The notes: generated by a model from the letters alone, not told the origin. A stretch of 48,398 nucleotides of DNA from Candidatus Yanofskybacteria bacterium (GCA_016181145.1 JACOZW010000023.1:1-48398); one strand, 5' to 3'; shown: positions 9,584-19,429, numbered from the stretch's first letter. Program-made: numbers and translations.

Positions 9584-10633
9584 CTATAAGTATCCTTCCC
9601 GATTAGTTGAAACTAGAATTGACTTAAGCTGTTCAACGCCCTCTAAGACAAATCCACAGCCTCTGGCAACGGCTGTCAGTGGATCATCCACTATTTTTAC
9701 AAATAATTTAGTTTCTTCGGCAATCGCCTGATCGAGACCGCGCAACAATGCCCCGCCGCCGGCTAGAAATATATGCCGATTAATAAGATCGGCGATAAGT
9801 TCAGGGGGTGTCTCTTCTACGGTATTTTTAACGGCCAAAACGATACTGCGCACCGACCGCTCAATAGCAGTTCTTATCTCTTCAGAGCTGATGGTTATCT
9901 CTTTTGGAAGTCCGGAGACAAGATCTCTTCCCCTAACCCTGCCCTCTAATTCTTCTTCGAGCGGATAAGCCGTGCCGAGAGTTATTTTAAGCTGTTCCGC
10001 ACTCGCCTCTCCAACGAGAAGATTCTTATCTTCTCTCATAAACCTGACAATATCTTGATTCATTTTATCGCCGGCCACTTTTAGCGAACGTGAGGCAATC
10101 ATACCTCCCATTGATATTACCGCTACCTCAGTTGTACCGCCGCCGATATCAACCATGACATTAGCCACAGCTTCCTGTACGGGTAACCTGGCGCCAATTG
10201 CCGCCGCCATAGGTTCTTCAATCAGATAGACTTCACGGGCGCCTGCATTATATGTTGCATCTTCCACCGCTCTTCTTTCAACTTCCGTCACGCCCGAAGG
10301 CACTCCTACCACCACTCTGGGACGCGGAAGAAATGAAAAGCTTTCCTGGTGAACTTTATCAATAAAATATTTGAGCATTTGCTCAGTGACCTCAAAATCA
10401 GAAACCACACCCGATATCAGGGGCCTGGAAACCATTATATGGCCCGGCGTACGACCAACCATTTTACGGGCTTCATTGCCGATAGCAAGAATTTTTCCAG
10501 TTTTCTTATTTATTGCAACAATTGAGGGCTCATTAATAACAATGCCTTTCCCGCGAACATAAACCAGGGTATTGGCCGTACCCAAGTCGATTCCGATATC
10601 TTTTGACCAGAGCCCGAAAATTCGGTTAAACAT
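9584..10633 (-). CDS. mreB: Actin-like rod shape protein MreB
   Basis: IGIDLGTANTL, IEEPMAAAIGA, DIGGGTTEVA, GGGALLRG. Confidence 0.98.
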   Translation of the reverse strand: MFNRIFGLWSKDIGIDLGTANTLVYVRGKGIVINEPSIVAINKKTGKILAIGNEARKMVGRTPGHIMVSRPLISGVVSDFEVTEQMLKYFIDKVHQESFSFLPRPRVVVGVPSGVTEVERRAVEDATYNAGAREVYLIEEPMAAAIGARLPVQEAVANVMVDIGGGTTEVAVISMGGMIASRSLKVAGDKMNQDIVRFMREDKNLLVGEASAEQLKITLGTAYPLEEELEGRVRGRDLVSGLPKEITISSEEIRTAIERSVRSIVLAVKNTVEETPPELIADLINRHIFLAGGGALLRGLDQAIAEETKLFVKIVDDPLTAVARGCGFVLEGVEQLKSILVSTNREGYL

Positions 10634-10699
10634 TCTAATAAAAAGCTACTTTAATTGATACTAACATAACAAAAAGAGTATCAACAATCAAAAAACGGC

Positions 10700-11950
10700 T
10701 TAGAGCCGATTTTTGATATCTGACAATGCCACTAATTCGAGCTCTTTTTTATTGCGATGTTTAAGTTCGACACTGTCTTTTTCGAGAGTTTTCTTGCTGA
10801 CCACCAGACGGATTGGGCATCCGATTAGATCGGCATCGGCGAACTTTTCACCCGGAGCTTTGTCTTCACGATCGTCGTATAAAACTTCGACATTATTTTT
10901 GATTAAATCTTCATAAATCTTATTTGCGTAATTCGTAATTCGTAATTCGCTATTCTGTTCATTTAATGTAATTAAATGAACACGGAAAGGAGCGATGTTC
11001 TCCGGCCAAATAATTCCCTTGTCATCACTGGATACTTCTACAACTGTTGCCATAATCCTGCCTAAACCTATCCCGTAAGCACCCATGATCACCGGTTTTT
11101 TATCCCCCCCCTCATCTGTAAAATAGAGCCCTAAAGCTTCAGAATATTTTGTTCCCTGATCAAATATATTGCCGACTTCAATCGATTTCTTTTCTACCAA
11201 ATCTTCTTTCTTCCAACCGAGATGTTTTAATCCCCTTTCATCAAAAACTTCTTTATTGATAGCCTCATTTTTATCTTCATTAACATATATGGTGTCTTCT
11301 CCGACATCGGCCACAACCTGAAATTCATGAGTAAATTTATCTGTAAAAATTCCGCCTGCTGCCAGCGTATACACAGCCTTGAGCCCACAACGATTAAAAA
11401 TTTTTAGATAAGCATTTTTCGCCTTTTCATAATACTCATTAAGGCTTTCCTGGCTGGCATGAAAACTGTAAAGATCTTTCATCATAAATTCCCTTCCCCG
11501 TAAAAGTCCCGACTTGGCTCTTGCTTCATGTCTAAACTTAGTCTGGATCTGATAGGCAGAAAATGGCAGGTCCTTATAGGAGCTTATGTATCTGGCTGAG
11601 ATAGCAGTTAGAACTTCTTCGTGCGACCAACCCATAACAAAACTGGCTTCCTCCTCTCCTAGGCCTTTAGCAAAATACCCGACATCTAAGTTCCATCGTC
11701 CAGTCGGTTCCATATATTTCTTTTCAACTAGCGCTGACATAAATAACTCTTGCCCGCCAATAGCATTAATTTCTTCACGAATAACATTGGCTATCTTACT
11801 AAGAACACGCCATCCTAGCGGCAAGTAAGAATATATTCCGGCTGAATTTTTAAAAACAAAACCGCCCCGAATTAACAGCTGGGCATTTATCGCTGTTTCA
11901 TCCGTCGGCGCTTCTCTTAAGGTTTTAGTAAATAATTGAGAAAATTTCAT
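10700..11950 (-). CDS. proS: Prolyl-tRNA synthetase, short form without INS editing domain
   Basis: YQIQTKFRHE.R.KSGLLRGREFMMKDLYSF, MGAYGIGLGR, GEKFADADLIG. Confidence 0.96.
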   Translation of the reverse strand: MKFSQLFTKTLREAPTDETAINAQLLIRGGFVFKNSAGIYSYLPLGWRVLSKIANVIREEINAIGGQELFMSALVEKKYMEPTGRWNLDVGYFAKGLGEEEASFVMGWSHEEVLTAISARYISSYKDLPFSAYQIQTKFRHEARAKSGLLRGREFMMKDLYSFHASQESLNEYYEKAKNAYLKIFNRCGLKAVYTLAAGGIFTDKFTHEFQVVADVGEDTIYVNEDKNEAINKEVFDERGLKHLGWKKEDLVEKKSIEVGNIFDQGTKYSEALGLYFTDEGGDKKPVIMGAYGIGLGRIMATVVEVSSDDKGIIWPENIAPFRVHLITLNEQNSELRITNYANKIYEDLIKNNVEVLYDDREDKAPGEKFADADLIGCPIRLVVSKKTLEKDSVELKHRNKKELELVALSDIKNRL

Positions 11951-11977
11951 ATCTAAGGATTTAGAAATTTAAGTTTT

Positions 11978-13069
11978 TCACACCGTGAAAAACTTCGTTA
12001 TATCCTTAATTGTTACATAAATCATCAAACCGACCAAGAGAGCGAAACCGATTCCGTTGACTGCCGCCTCTATTTTTTTATCCAATGGCCTGCCCCTTAA
12101 TTTCTCGGCAACAATAAAAACCGCTCTTCCGCCATCCAGTGCCGGGAAAGGAAGAATATTCAAGACAGCCAGATTGATCGATATAAGGGCCACAAATTGC
12201 ATTAGGTAGCTGAAACCGACCCTGGCCGCCTGTCCGGTAATACCGGCGATACCGATAGGACCGGATACCTCACCAATCAGCCTGCCATCGATAAAAAGAG
12301 TTTTAATCAGTGAATAATATCCATACATAGTGTTATAAGTCAGTATTGCCGTATCATTGACTCCTCGCCAAATTGCCTCATACCAAGGATAGGAAACAAC
12401 TCCGGTAAGCGCCATGACTATGCCAATACTGCCTTCACCAGGCGGAGGGTTAAGTCTTGTTTCTACCTCTTTAGTGACCAGGCCATTGCCATGCCTTAAA
12501 ATCACGCCCAGCTTCTCGCCAACATGTTCTGAAGTAAATTTCTGCACTTCTTCGGTAGTAGTAACATACTGGATAGCACCGCCGGCCGACTGAAGCCCCA
12601 CTATTTCGTCGAGTATCTGCAGCCCGGCACGCTCGGCCGGACTTTCGGGAGCCACTTGAAGAATCTGGACTTTTTTGTCGCGAGCAGTAGCAATCATCTC
12701 TTCATCAAACAAACCTATTCTTAAGCCGAAAAAATTACCCGAAACCAGGAGCAACACCGCAAAAATGAGATTCATCACTACTCCTGCGACAACTACTTTG
12801 AGTCTGGCAGAAATTGATTTTGAACCAAAACTCCCCAGCTTATCAAGCTGGCCGCCATCTTCGCCGAGTATTCTAACGAACCCTCCAAAAGGTATCCAGT
12901 TTATGGAATAGATGGTTTCCCCCTTTTTTATGCCAAATAGGCGCGGTGGAAATCCAAATCCGAACTCCTCGACTTTCATCCCGGCACGGCGCGCCATAAC
13001 AAAATGCCCCCATTCATGAACGAGAACCAAAACTCCTATAACAGCAATAAAAATTAAACCGGTAATCAA
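11978..13069 (-). CDS. rseP: M50 site-2 intramembrane metalloprotease with PDZ domain
   Basis: HEWGH, GFGFPP, NILPFPALDGG. Confidence 0.94.
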   Translation of the reverse strand: MITGLIFIAVIGVLVLVHEWGHFVMARRAGMKVEEFGFGFPPRLFGIKKGETIYSINWIPFGGFVRILGEDGGQLDKLGSFGSKSISARLKVVVAGVVMNLIFAVLLLVSGNFFGLRIGLFDEEMIATARDKKVQILQVAPESPAERAGLQILDEIVGLQSAGGAIQYVTTTEEVQKFTSEHVGEKLGVILRHGNGLVTKEVETRLNPPPGEGSIGIVMALTGVVSYPWYEAIWRGVNDTAILTYNTMYGYYSLIKTLFIDGRLIGEVSGPIGIAGITGQAARVGFSYLMQFVALISINLAVLNILPFPALDGGRAVFIVAEKLRGRPLDKKIEAAVNGIGFALLVGLMIYVTIKDITKFFTV

Positions 13070-13099
13070 TTGAGTTTATAAAGTTCCGAGTTAATAAAG

Positions 13100-13444
13100 T
13101 TATAAAGTTTTTATTAATCCGGAAATTAATTTAGATATTTCGGAACATAGGAATTGAATATTATTAAAGTCTTTGTCATCGATATAGCCTAACTTAACCG
13201 CTAAGTAAGACATTGATCTTACTTCACCACAAGAACCTTTTGCAATAAATAAGAAATGCTTGAATTCATTATTACTCTTTCTTTCAAAGCCTTCAGCAAT
13301 ATTGTTACCTATACTAACTGAGGCTCTTTGTATTTGATCTCTAAAACCAAAGTCTTTATTGGATTTGAATAATTTATATATTAATAATGTAAGCTCTCCT
13401 GATTTTTGCCACGATATAATTTCCTCAAAACTATTTATTTTCAT
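13100..13444 (-). CDS. Four-helix-bundle (23S rRNA IVS-type) protein
   Basis: FEEIISWQK, DFGFRDQIQRASVSIGNNIAEGFER, AKGSCGEVRS. Confidence 0.92.
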   Translation of the reverse strand: MKINSFEEIISWQKSGELTLLIYKLFKSNKDFGFRDQIQRASVSIGNNIAEGFERKSNNEFKHFLFIAKGSCGEVRSMSYLAVKLGYIDDKDFNNIQFLCSEISKLISGLIKTL

Positions 13445-13483
13445 TTTAACTTTATAAACTTTAAAAACTTGATGAACTTTTAA

Positions 13484-14047
13484 CTAGAGCATCAGTTCCT
13501 GTTCTTTCTTTTTAATCAACTCATCAAATTTTTTATTTGAATCGTCCATTATTTTCTGTAAGTCATCTTTGGCTTTGCGCATATCATCTTCTCTGGCCGT
13601 TTTGGCCCGAACCTCCGCCTGAACTTTCTTAATAATATCCTCTCTTATCTGCCTGGTTTTGATCCGGGCTTCTTCAACTTTATTGTGCAACAGGCGGATA
13701 AATTCCCTGCGCCTTTCTTCGCTAAGAGGGGGAAGGTTTATGCGAATACCCATATTATCAGATACCGGACTCAAGCCATGAGCGCTGTCTCTTATACCCT
13801 TTTCTATGAAAGGAATGGCGGATTTATCCCATGGCTGTATCATTAAGGACCTTGGCTCAGGTGCTGTAATAGTGGCTAATTCCTTTATCTTCACCCTGGA
13901 ACCCATGTAATCTATCTGAATATCTTCAACCAAGGATGAATGGGCTCTACCTGTTCTTATAGAAGCAACATCGCCTCTTGCCCGCTCAAAAGCGGCATCG
14001 AAATCACCTTTCCGCTGATTGATTAAGTCTTTGTACATCTTATCCAT
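13484..14047 (-). CDS. frr: Ribosome recycling factor
   Basis: IRTGRA, IQPWDKS, PPLSEERRRE; ATG 14047 preferred. Confidence 0.96.
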   Translation of the reverse strand: MDKMYKDLINQRKGDFDAAFERARGDVASIRTGRAHSSLVEDIQIDYMGSRVKIKELATITAPEPRSLMIQPWDKSAIPFIEKGIRDSAHGLSPVSDNMGIRINLPPLSEERRREFIRLLHNKVEEARIKTRQIREDIIKKVQAEVRAKTAREDDMRKAKDDLQKIMDDSNKKFDELIKKKEQELML

Positions 14048-14144
14048 AATATAATATCTAGAAAACAAATTCAATTGAAAAAGCGTGTGGAATTTTAATT
14101 GCTCAGATTTCTAAAATAGATACTTATTTGGTAATATAAAGGCA

Positions 14145-15014
14145 ATGACTATTTACGGTCTTGGAATTATAGCAGCTTTCGGAGCGTTAATTTTTTGGGG
14201 AGTTGGGGATTTTCTGATTCAAAGATCTGTTCGTCGACTTGGCGACTGGGAACCTCTTTTTATCATCTCTCTCTTCGGCTCAATAATTATAACTCCTTTT
14301 GTATGGCATGATCTCCAGATTATTACTACTTCTGGTAATTTTATCCTATTAATCACAGTCGCGGTAACTTTTCTATGCGCCTCGCTTCTTGAATTTCAAG
14401 GATATAAAATCGGTAAGTTGGCGGTTATAGAGCCAATCCAAGTACTAGAAATACCAATTAGCGCCTTCCTAGCTTTTTTCTTATTATATGAGAGGCCAAC
14501 AAGTATGGTAATTCTACTTGTTCTAATCCTAATATTCGGCCTTGTTCTGATATCAGTCAAACGTCATCATTTTTTAAAAAAGTCTTGGCTGGAAAAAGGG
14601 ATCATATTTGCTATTGCTGCGTCATTTTTCATGGGTATTACTAACTTCCTAGTCGCTTATTCTTCTCGACTCACAAACCCGCTTATCGCAATTTGGTTTT
14701 TCAATATTTTTATTACATTGACCACCTTTATCTATCTCACTGCAATGGGTAAGATTCATAACTTATTTAAAGATTTTACCTCTAATCCAAAACTGATGAC
14801 CGCGGTCTGCGTTTTTGATAATTTAGCTTGGATCTCATTTGCATTTGCCTCAAGCGTAGTGCCGGTTATAACTGCACTTGCTATATCCGAAAGCTATATT
14901 GTATTAGCATCAATCCTAGGAATTTTCTACAACAATGAACGTCTTGCGCGCTATCAAATCGCAGGTCTTTTTATTGTCATTCCTAATGCTATAATTTTAG
15001 CAATCATAGCTTGA
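14145..15014 (+). CDS. EamA/DMT family transporter
   Basis: About 10 TM helices in two repeats; FWGVGDFL, FLLYERP, FYNNERL. Confidence 0.88.
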   Translation: MTIYGLGIIAAFGALIFWGVGDFLIQRSVRRLGDWEPLFIISLFGSIIITPFVWHDLQIITTSGNFILLITVAVTFLCASLLEFQGYKIGKLAVIEPIQVLEIPISAFLAFFLLYERPTSMVILLVLILIFGLVLISVKRHHFLKKSWLEKGIIFAIAASFFMGITNFLVAYSSRLTNPLIAIWFFNIFITLTTFIYLTAMGKIHNLFKDFTSNPKLMTAVCVFDNLAWISFAFASSVVPVITALAISESYIVLASILGIFYNNERLARYQIAGLFIVIPNAIILAIIA

Positions 15015-15031
15015 TACTGTAGCCACAAAGC

Positions 15032-15060
15032 TTGACATATTATGGTTTATGGCTTATCAT
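15032..15060 (+). promoter_or_regulatory. Sigma70 promoter of ligase unit 1
   Basis: TTGACA-N17-TATCAT. Confidence 0.8.
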
Positions 15061-15069
15061 TGAGAAAAC

Positions 15070-15141
15070 ATGAATTTAAGACTTATAAATACAAATTGGC
15101 ATTATCACTCAACATTCTCTCGTGAAAGAGGGTTGAGTTAA
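15070..15141 (+). CDS. Putative leader peptide 1 MNLRLINTNWHYHSTFSRERGLS
   Basis: ATG 9 nt after the -10 box; overlaps attenuator hairpins; similar to 17052-17126. Confidence 0.65.
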   Translation: MNLRLINTNWHYHSTFSRERGLS

Positions 15142-15202
15142 TGTCTCTATTTTCCAATTTTTGACATAAATTTAGCCCCCTCTCACGAGGGGGCTTCTTG
15201 TT
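15098..15202 (+). promoter_or_regulatory. Transcription attenuator 1
   Basis: 1:2 stem 15098-15145; 2:3 stem 15119-15145 with 15163-15189; terminator AGCCCCCTC-tcac-GAGGGGGCT 15174-15195 plus T-rich tail. Confidence 0.75.
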
Positions 15203-15239
15203 GCTCAAGAGGCTTAGTTCTTTTAACAGGGAGGTGTAG

Positions 15240-16157
15240 GTGGAAAGATTAGTTCGTTATTTCACGGAAGGGATAGAAAATCGACCCATTGCCAATACTA
15301 TAGGAGTAGAGGTTGAAACTTCGTTTATGATGGAACATGAGAATGGCAGTCCAATTACTGTCGCTCAATCTCAACTATTGATAGAAAGATTCCGTAGAGT
15401 TAAAGATTGGCGAATAACTAAAACGAAAGGAAATCTGATAGCAGAAATATCAGACGGCGCAAATAAACTATCTTACGAATTGGGTCGACAGAATCTCGAG
15501 CTTTCAATAGCGCCTGATACAAATAGTGCGGTGGCTGTTTCAAGGGCGATGAAACTTGCGGATGAACTAGGATCTGTTGCAAGTTATGTCTCCGATCCAG
15601 ATGCCCGCTTTTTATGGGAGGTGAGCGAACCGATAATTCATACTAATGAGGATCTACTTATGATTCCGGATGAACGAGATGCAACATGGCTTGAGCTTGA
15701 TGGCCGCCCCGCGCTAGAACTTCTTGCAAGGACATCGGCAGTTCAATTCACTATTTCCGTATCGCTGAAAGATGCAATCGAGTGTTTAAACAGATTAGGA
15801 GAAAAGATAGGATCGTTTCTAAAGGATTATCCACAAGAAGAAAATTGGCGGAGGTATATCAAAGAATCAAAAGCCGACTATCACGCGATGCGATATGGCG
15901 GCCCATTATTTTTCGATAGTATTGAAGATTATTGTAAAAAATTAATTAAGCACAATGTCGTCGTAGGCCCAGAACTCGTTCCCTATAATCAAGTGCGCGA
16001 TCTAGATATCCCTCTTTATCTGCGTTCTATCTGGTGGTATTTTCGCCTAAGACGCTACGAAAACACACTTTGCATAGAGGTTAGACCGTTGCCACGGCGC
16101 GATAGTAGAAAATTCAAAGAGCAATTTGATTTTGTAATGAATATCATGCAAAGCTAG
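15240..16157 (+). CDS. Glutamate-cysteine ligase (GCS2)-fold carboxylate-amine ligase 1
   Basis: IGVEVE, SYELGRQNLELS, TSAVQFTI, IEVRPL; GGGAGGT SD before GTG. Confidence 0.7.
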   Translation: MERLVRYFTEGIENRPIANTIGVEVETSFMMEHENGSPITVAQSQLLIERFRRVKDWRITKTKGNLIAEISDGANKLSYELGRQNLELSIAPDTNSAVAVSRAMKLADELGSVASYVSDPDARFLWEVSEPIIHTNEDLLMIPDERDATWLELDGRPALELLARTSAVQFTISVSLKDAIECLNRLGEKIGSFLKDYPQEENWRRYIKESKADYHAMRYGGPLFFDSIEDYCKKLIKHNVVVGPELVPYNQVRDLDIPLYLRSIWWYFRLRRYENTLCIEVRPLPRRDSRKFKEQFDFVMNIMQS

Positions 16158-16167
16158 AACACGCCAC

Positions 16168-16193
16168 GGGGAGATTCCCTTCTCCCCTCTTTT
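16168..16193 (+). terminator. Terminator after ligase 1
   Basis: GGGGAGA-ttccct-TCTCCCC followed by TCTTTT. Confidence 0.6.
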
Positions 16194-16245
16194 CTAAAGT
16201 AATTTTAATGTATAAGATTACTTTAGAGAGGTTTAATAATCACAT

Positions 16246-17016
16246 ATGAAAAACAAAAACATAAAAATCCTTTTTCTCGATATCTTCACTGACAACGAAA
16301 AGTTCAGAAAAGAGCTTGAGAAAAAAGTTTATAACGGACGAAGTTTATCTGAGCATGTCAGAAAAGTTTTTGGATTGGATAAAAACCAATGGCTAACCCT
16401 AGATGCCTCTAAAGATATTTTTCCCGATAAATTTCTTAATGTTGATGCAGTAGTAATAAGCGGTTCATCTAAAGATCCGGTAAAGGGACAGGAGAAGAAA
16501 TGGATGCGCGATACTTATAAATTTATAAGAAAAGCGATTAAAAAAGATCTTCCTATTCTTGGTATTTGCGGAGGGTTGCAGTTTACAGTTAGGGCTTTAG
16601 GCGGAGAAATAATTTATAATCCTAACGGCAAAGAATTCGGGGCTATAACGGTAACTATCAAAAAATCTGACCCCCTATTCAATGGCTTGAAGAAAAATTT
16701 TATCATCCCATCAAATCACCAATGTATGGTCGGTAAATTTAATTCCAGCGCTAAGCTGTTGGCCAGCTCTAAAATGTGCTCGGTTCAAGCTCTAGCAATC
16801 GGCGACAAAATAAGATTAGTCCAATTCCACCCCGAAAGAACTAAAGAGCAGAATATGATTTTAGCAAAAATGTCTAAAGAGAATTTGGTCAGAGATGGAA
16901 TTATAAAAAACGAAAAAGAATATCCGAAATTTTTAGAATCCCTAAAAACCGATATGGGCGCCGGCAAAGTAATAATCAAAAATTTTCTGGATAACTTTGT
17001 TTACAAAATGAATTGA
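16246..17016 (+). CDS. Class I glutamine amidotransferase / gamma-glutamyl hydrolase-like protein
   Basis: VISGS, PILGICGGLQ (nucleophile Cys), QFHPE (His-Glu). Confidence 0.9.
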   Translation: MKNKNIKILFLDIFTDNEKFRKELEKKVYNGRSLSEHVRKVFGLDKNQWLTLDASKDIFPDKFLNVDAVVISGSSKDPVKGQEKKWMRDTYKFIRKAIKKDLPILGICGGLQFTVRALGGEIIYNPNGKEFGAITVTIKKSDPLFNGLKKNFIIPSNHQCMVGKFNSSAKLLASSKMCSVQALAIGDKIRLVQFHPERTKEQNMILAKMSKENLVRDGIIKNEKEYPKFLESLKTDMGAGKVIIKNFLDNFVYKMN

Positions 17017-17041
17017 CTCATAAATTCAAAGGTGCTATAAT
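17013..17041 (+). promoter_or_regulatory. Sigma70 promoter of ligase unit 2
   Basis: TTGACT-N17-TATAAT with extended TGn. Confidence 0.8.
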
Positions 17042-17051
17042 TCACATAACA

Positions 17052-17126
17052 ATGAATAATTTATACAAAAACACTAATTTTTATTGGTTTACATATAACC
17101 TCTCTCGGGGAAGGTGTTTTTGTTAG
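17052..17126 (+). CDS. Putative leader peptide 2 MNNLYKNTNFYWFTYNLSRGRCFC
   Basis: ATG 10 nt after the -10 box; overlaps attenuator; similar to leader 1. Confidence 0.65.
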   Translation: MNNLYKNTNFYWFTYNLSRGRCFC

Positions 17127-17185
17127 GCTAAACTCTCAGTAGCTAGCGACATAAAAACCTCTTCCTCGGAAGAGGTTTTTATGTC
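17085..17185 (+). promoter_or_regulatory. Transcription attenuator 2
   Basis: Perfect inverted repeat GACATAAAAACCTCTTCC/GGAAGAGGTTTTTATGTC 17148-17185; its left arm can alternatively pair with CGGGGAAGGTGTTTTTGT in the leader ORF. Confidence 0.72.
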
Positions 17186-17219
17186 TTCCGAACAGCTCTT
17201 TAACAAAAGGAGGGACGAG

Positions 17220-18011
17220 ATGAAACCAGAAAATGAACTGAATTTATTTCTCGATAAAATCGTATTCAGGCCGGAAATGACCGGTTCAATAGGTATTGAA
17301 AGAGAACATTTTCTTGAAATCCATGCCGAAATTAATGATTGTCTGCCTTCTTTGTGTGTTCCTTACGCCGGATGGTTTTTAAGAAACATAAACGACGACA
17401 GGTGGACTTATGAATTATCGGCCTGCCAAGTTGAGTCAAGAACCAATCCCCAGATAGATCTTTCTGCTCTTAAGCTAGAACTCTATGAGAATCTGAATCT
17501 AAGTAATGCGACTGCGCAAAAAATGGGTATTTATCTGGTTAACCATGAAGTAGCAGATAGATTTATGCCGCTTGATGTCTATCCCGACCCGAGATATCTC
17601 GAAATCGTAAAGCGCATTTCCGAGGAAGAGCTGCGTGCAGCTTGTAGGGTAGCCGGAACCCATATTCACATCGGGGCCAGAGACATAAACCATGCAATTG
17701 CCATTAACAATTTACTTGCTCCGCGCATCGATGCTTTGTGCAGAATCAGCGACCACTCAAATGGAGAACGGCTCCATCTTTATAAAACAATGGCTAAAAA
17801 TTGGCAGCCGACCACATATGAAAGTCCGGAACATCTATTCGAGGTCGCAAAAACCGAAGGCTTTATCGATAATCCGAGAAACTGTTGGAAACTTATCAGA
17901 GTAAGCATTCACGGAACTATTGAATTAAGAATGTTTGGCGCGACCAATAGTATTGATGAAATATTGGAATGGGTTTCGTTTGTGAAATATCTCATCAAGG
18001 AGGCAATGTAA
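17220..18011 (+). CDS. GCS2/YbdK-like carboxylate-amine ligase 2
   Basis: IGIEREHF, TYELSACQVESRT, VAGTHIHIG, TIELRMF; AGGAGG SD favours ATG 17220. Confidence 0.82.
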   Translation: MKPENELNLFLDKIVFRPEMTGSIGIEREHFLEIHAEINDCLPSLCVPYAGWFLRNINDDRWTYELSACQVESRTNPQIDLSALKLELYENLNLSNATAQKMGIYLVNHEVADRFMPLDVYPDPRYLEIVKRISEEELRAACRVAGTHIHIGARDINHAIAINNLLAPRIDALCRISDHSNGERLHLYKTMAKNWQPTTYESPEHLFEVAKTEGFIDNPRNCWKLIRVSIHGTIELRMFGATNSIDEILEWVSFVKYLIKEAM

Positions 18012-19429
18012 TGTCACGACCGGATTCAAGTACCTCACTGCAAGCAGAAAAGGAGATGCTGGAAGCGTTCACTATCCAAACCCAAGAGCTGATAGCCTCG
18101 CAGGATAGATTTATCAAGGACAACTATGGCGTTAAAATAGGACTGGAATCGGAATTGGCAATTCACGGTAGGTTCGACAATACGGAATTGACTCAAAAAA
18201 GAGATGCAGTTATTGCTGATAATAAAGATTTTACAGATATTGAACTCGGAGCCAATCAGATAGAAATACGAACTCCTCCGCTGGATATCCTATCGAGTGA
18301 CGGGTTAGCCTCTCTGGATAATATATACAGAGCAAGATATAACGCAGTACTAGAGTCAGCTCGCAGGAATAAAGTAGGACTGCTCCGTATCGGCGCGAAT
18401 CCTTTCTTGCCAACGATAAATACGCCCAGAACAGATAAGCCTAAATATCGTTTAGTGCCCGATTTCTATAATCAGCACAGAGATCCAAGACTCGATACAT
18501 TCATCGGTCTTGGCAAAAGCAGAATTGATATTGGCGATGCATCTGTCGTATCCCTATTTCAATCTTTTCAGGTTAATCTAGAAGCAAAATCTCTAGACGA
18601 TGCCTGCGAAAAAATGAATAGGTCCCTAGCTATTGCTCCCTATCTTCTGGCTTTTTCCGGTAATGCCAGATATCTGAGCCATCAGGACACCAAAATCCAA
18701 GATACGCGGATGATGAGCTGGGAAATCAGCCATGACACCAGAACTTTCTATGATACCAAGTTACAAGATTTGAGAATTATATCTTGGGAAAGAAGCTTTG
18801 ATGTAAGGCCGGAAAAAAACGAAAACTGGTCTAATGAATTAAGAATCGGCCTACCGAGCAGGTATTTTAGAAATATGACCGATTACTTTCAAAGAGCCGG
18901 AACATTTCCATTTATCTTATACGCACCGGAATCTGCATTGGCAATTTCAATAGGCATGACCTGGTTGGATGCCAGAACTAAATTCATAGGAGATTCGGCG
19001 ATAGTTGAACTGCGACTGCCATCCACTCAGCCCACAATAGAAGAAGAGATGTTATTGACCCTCCTCTATATCGGCAGACTCCACTATGCCCAGACAAACC
19101 AAGAACAAATACTGCCTATAAATATGGTCAGAGAAAACAGGCTTTCGGCCATGTTATATGGATTCAAAAAGTCGATGTGGTTCTTAAGTGAAAACGGCGC
19201 CCCGATAAAACTACCGACCAAAATAGGATTGGCAAGAGAACTGGAGCTGGCTATAATCGGCTTAAATCAGTTGGGATTATCGACGGCTATAGATAAAGAG
19301 TTGCTCGATGCTGTCCTCAAAACAGACTCTCCCTCAGATAGATTAGCGAGATTTCTAGATCCAATTAATGAAGCATCAATTACTGACATGGAAGATGCTC
19401 TATCGGAAACAAAAATGTTAATTTCATAA
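18011..19429 (+). CDS. GCS2-fold carboxylate-amine ligase 3
   Basis: IGLESE, ELGANQIEIRTPP, SFQVNL, WLDAR, IVELRLPSTQP; TAATG coupling with ligase 2 and AGGAGG SD. Confidence 0.78.
   Translation: MSRPDSSTSLQAEKEMLEAFTIQTQELIASQDRFIKDNYGVKIGLESELAIHGRFDNTELTQKRDAVIADNKDFTDIELGANQIEIRTPPLDILSSDGLASLDNIYRARYNAVLESARRNKVGLLRIGANPFLPTINTPRTDKPKYRLVPDFYNQHRDPRLDTFIGLGKSRIDIGDASVVSLFQSFQVNLEAKSLDDACEKMNRSLAIAPYLLAFSGNARYLSHQDTKIQDTRMMSWEISHDTRTFYDTKLQDLRIISWERSFDVRPEKNENWSNELRIGLPSRYFRNMTDYFQRAGTFPFILYAPESALAISIGMTWLDARTKFIGDSAIVELRLPSTQPTIEEEMLLTLLYIGRLHYAQTNQEQILPINMVRENRLSAMLYGFKKSMWFLSENGAPIKLPTKIGLARELELAIIGLNQLGLSTAIDKELLDAVLKTDSPSDRLARFLDPINEASITDMEDALSETKMLIS

Noticed and set aside
17181..17219. 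ORF-track start of ligase 2
   Set aside because: That ATG lies in the terminator arm; AGGAGG supports 17220
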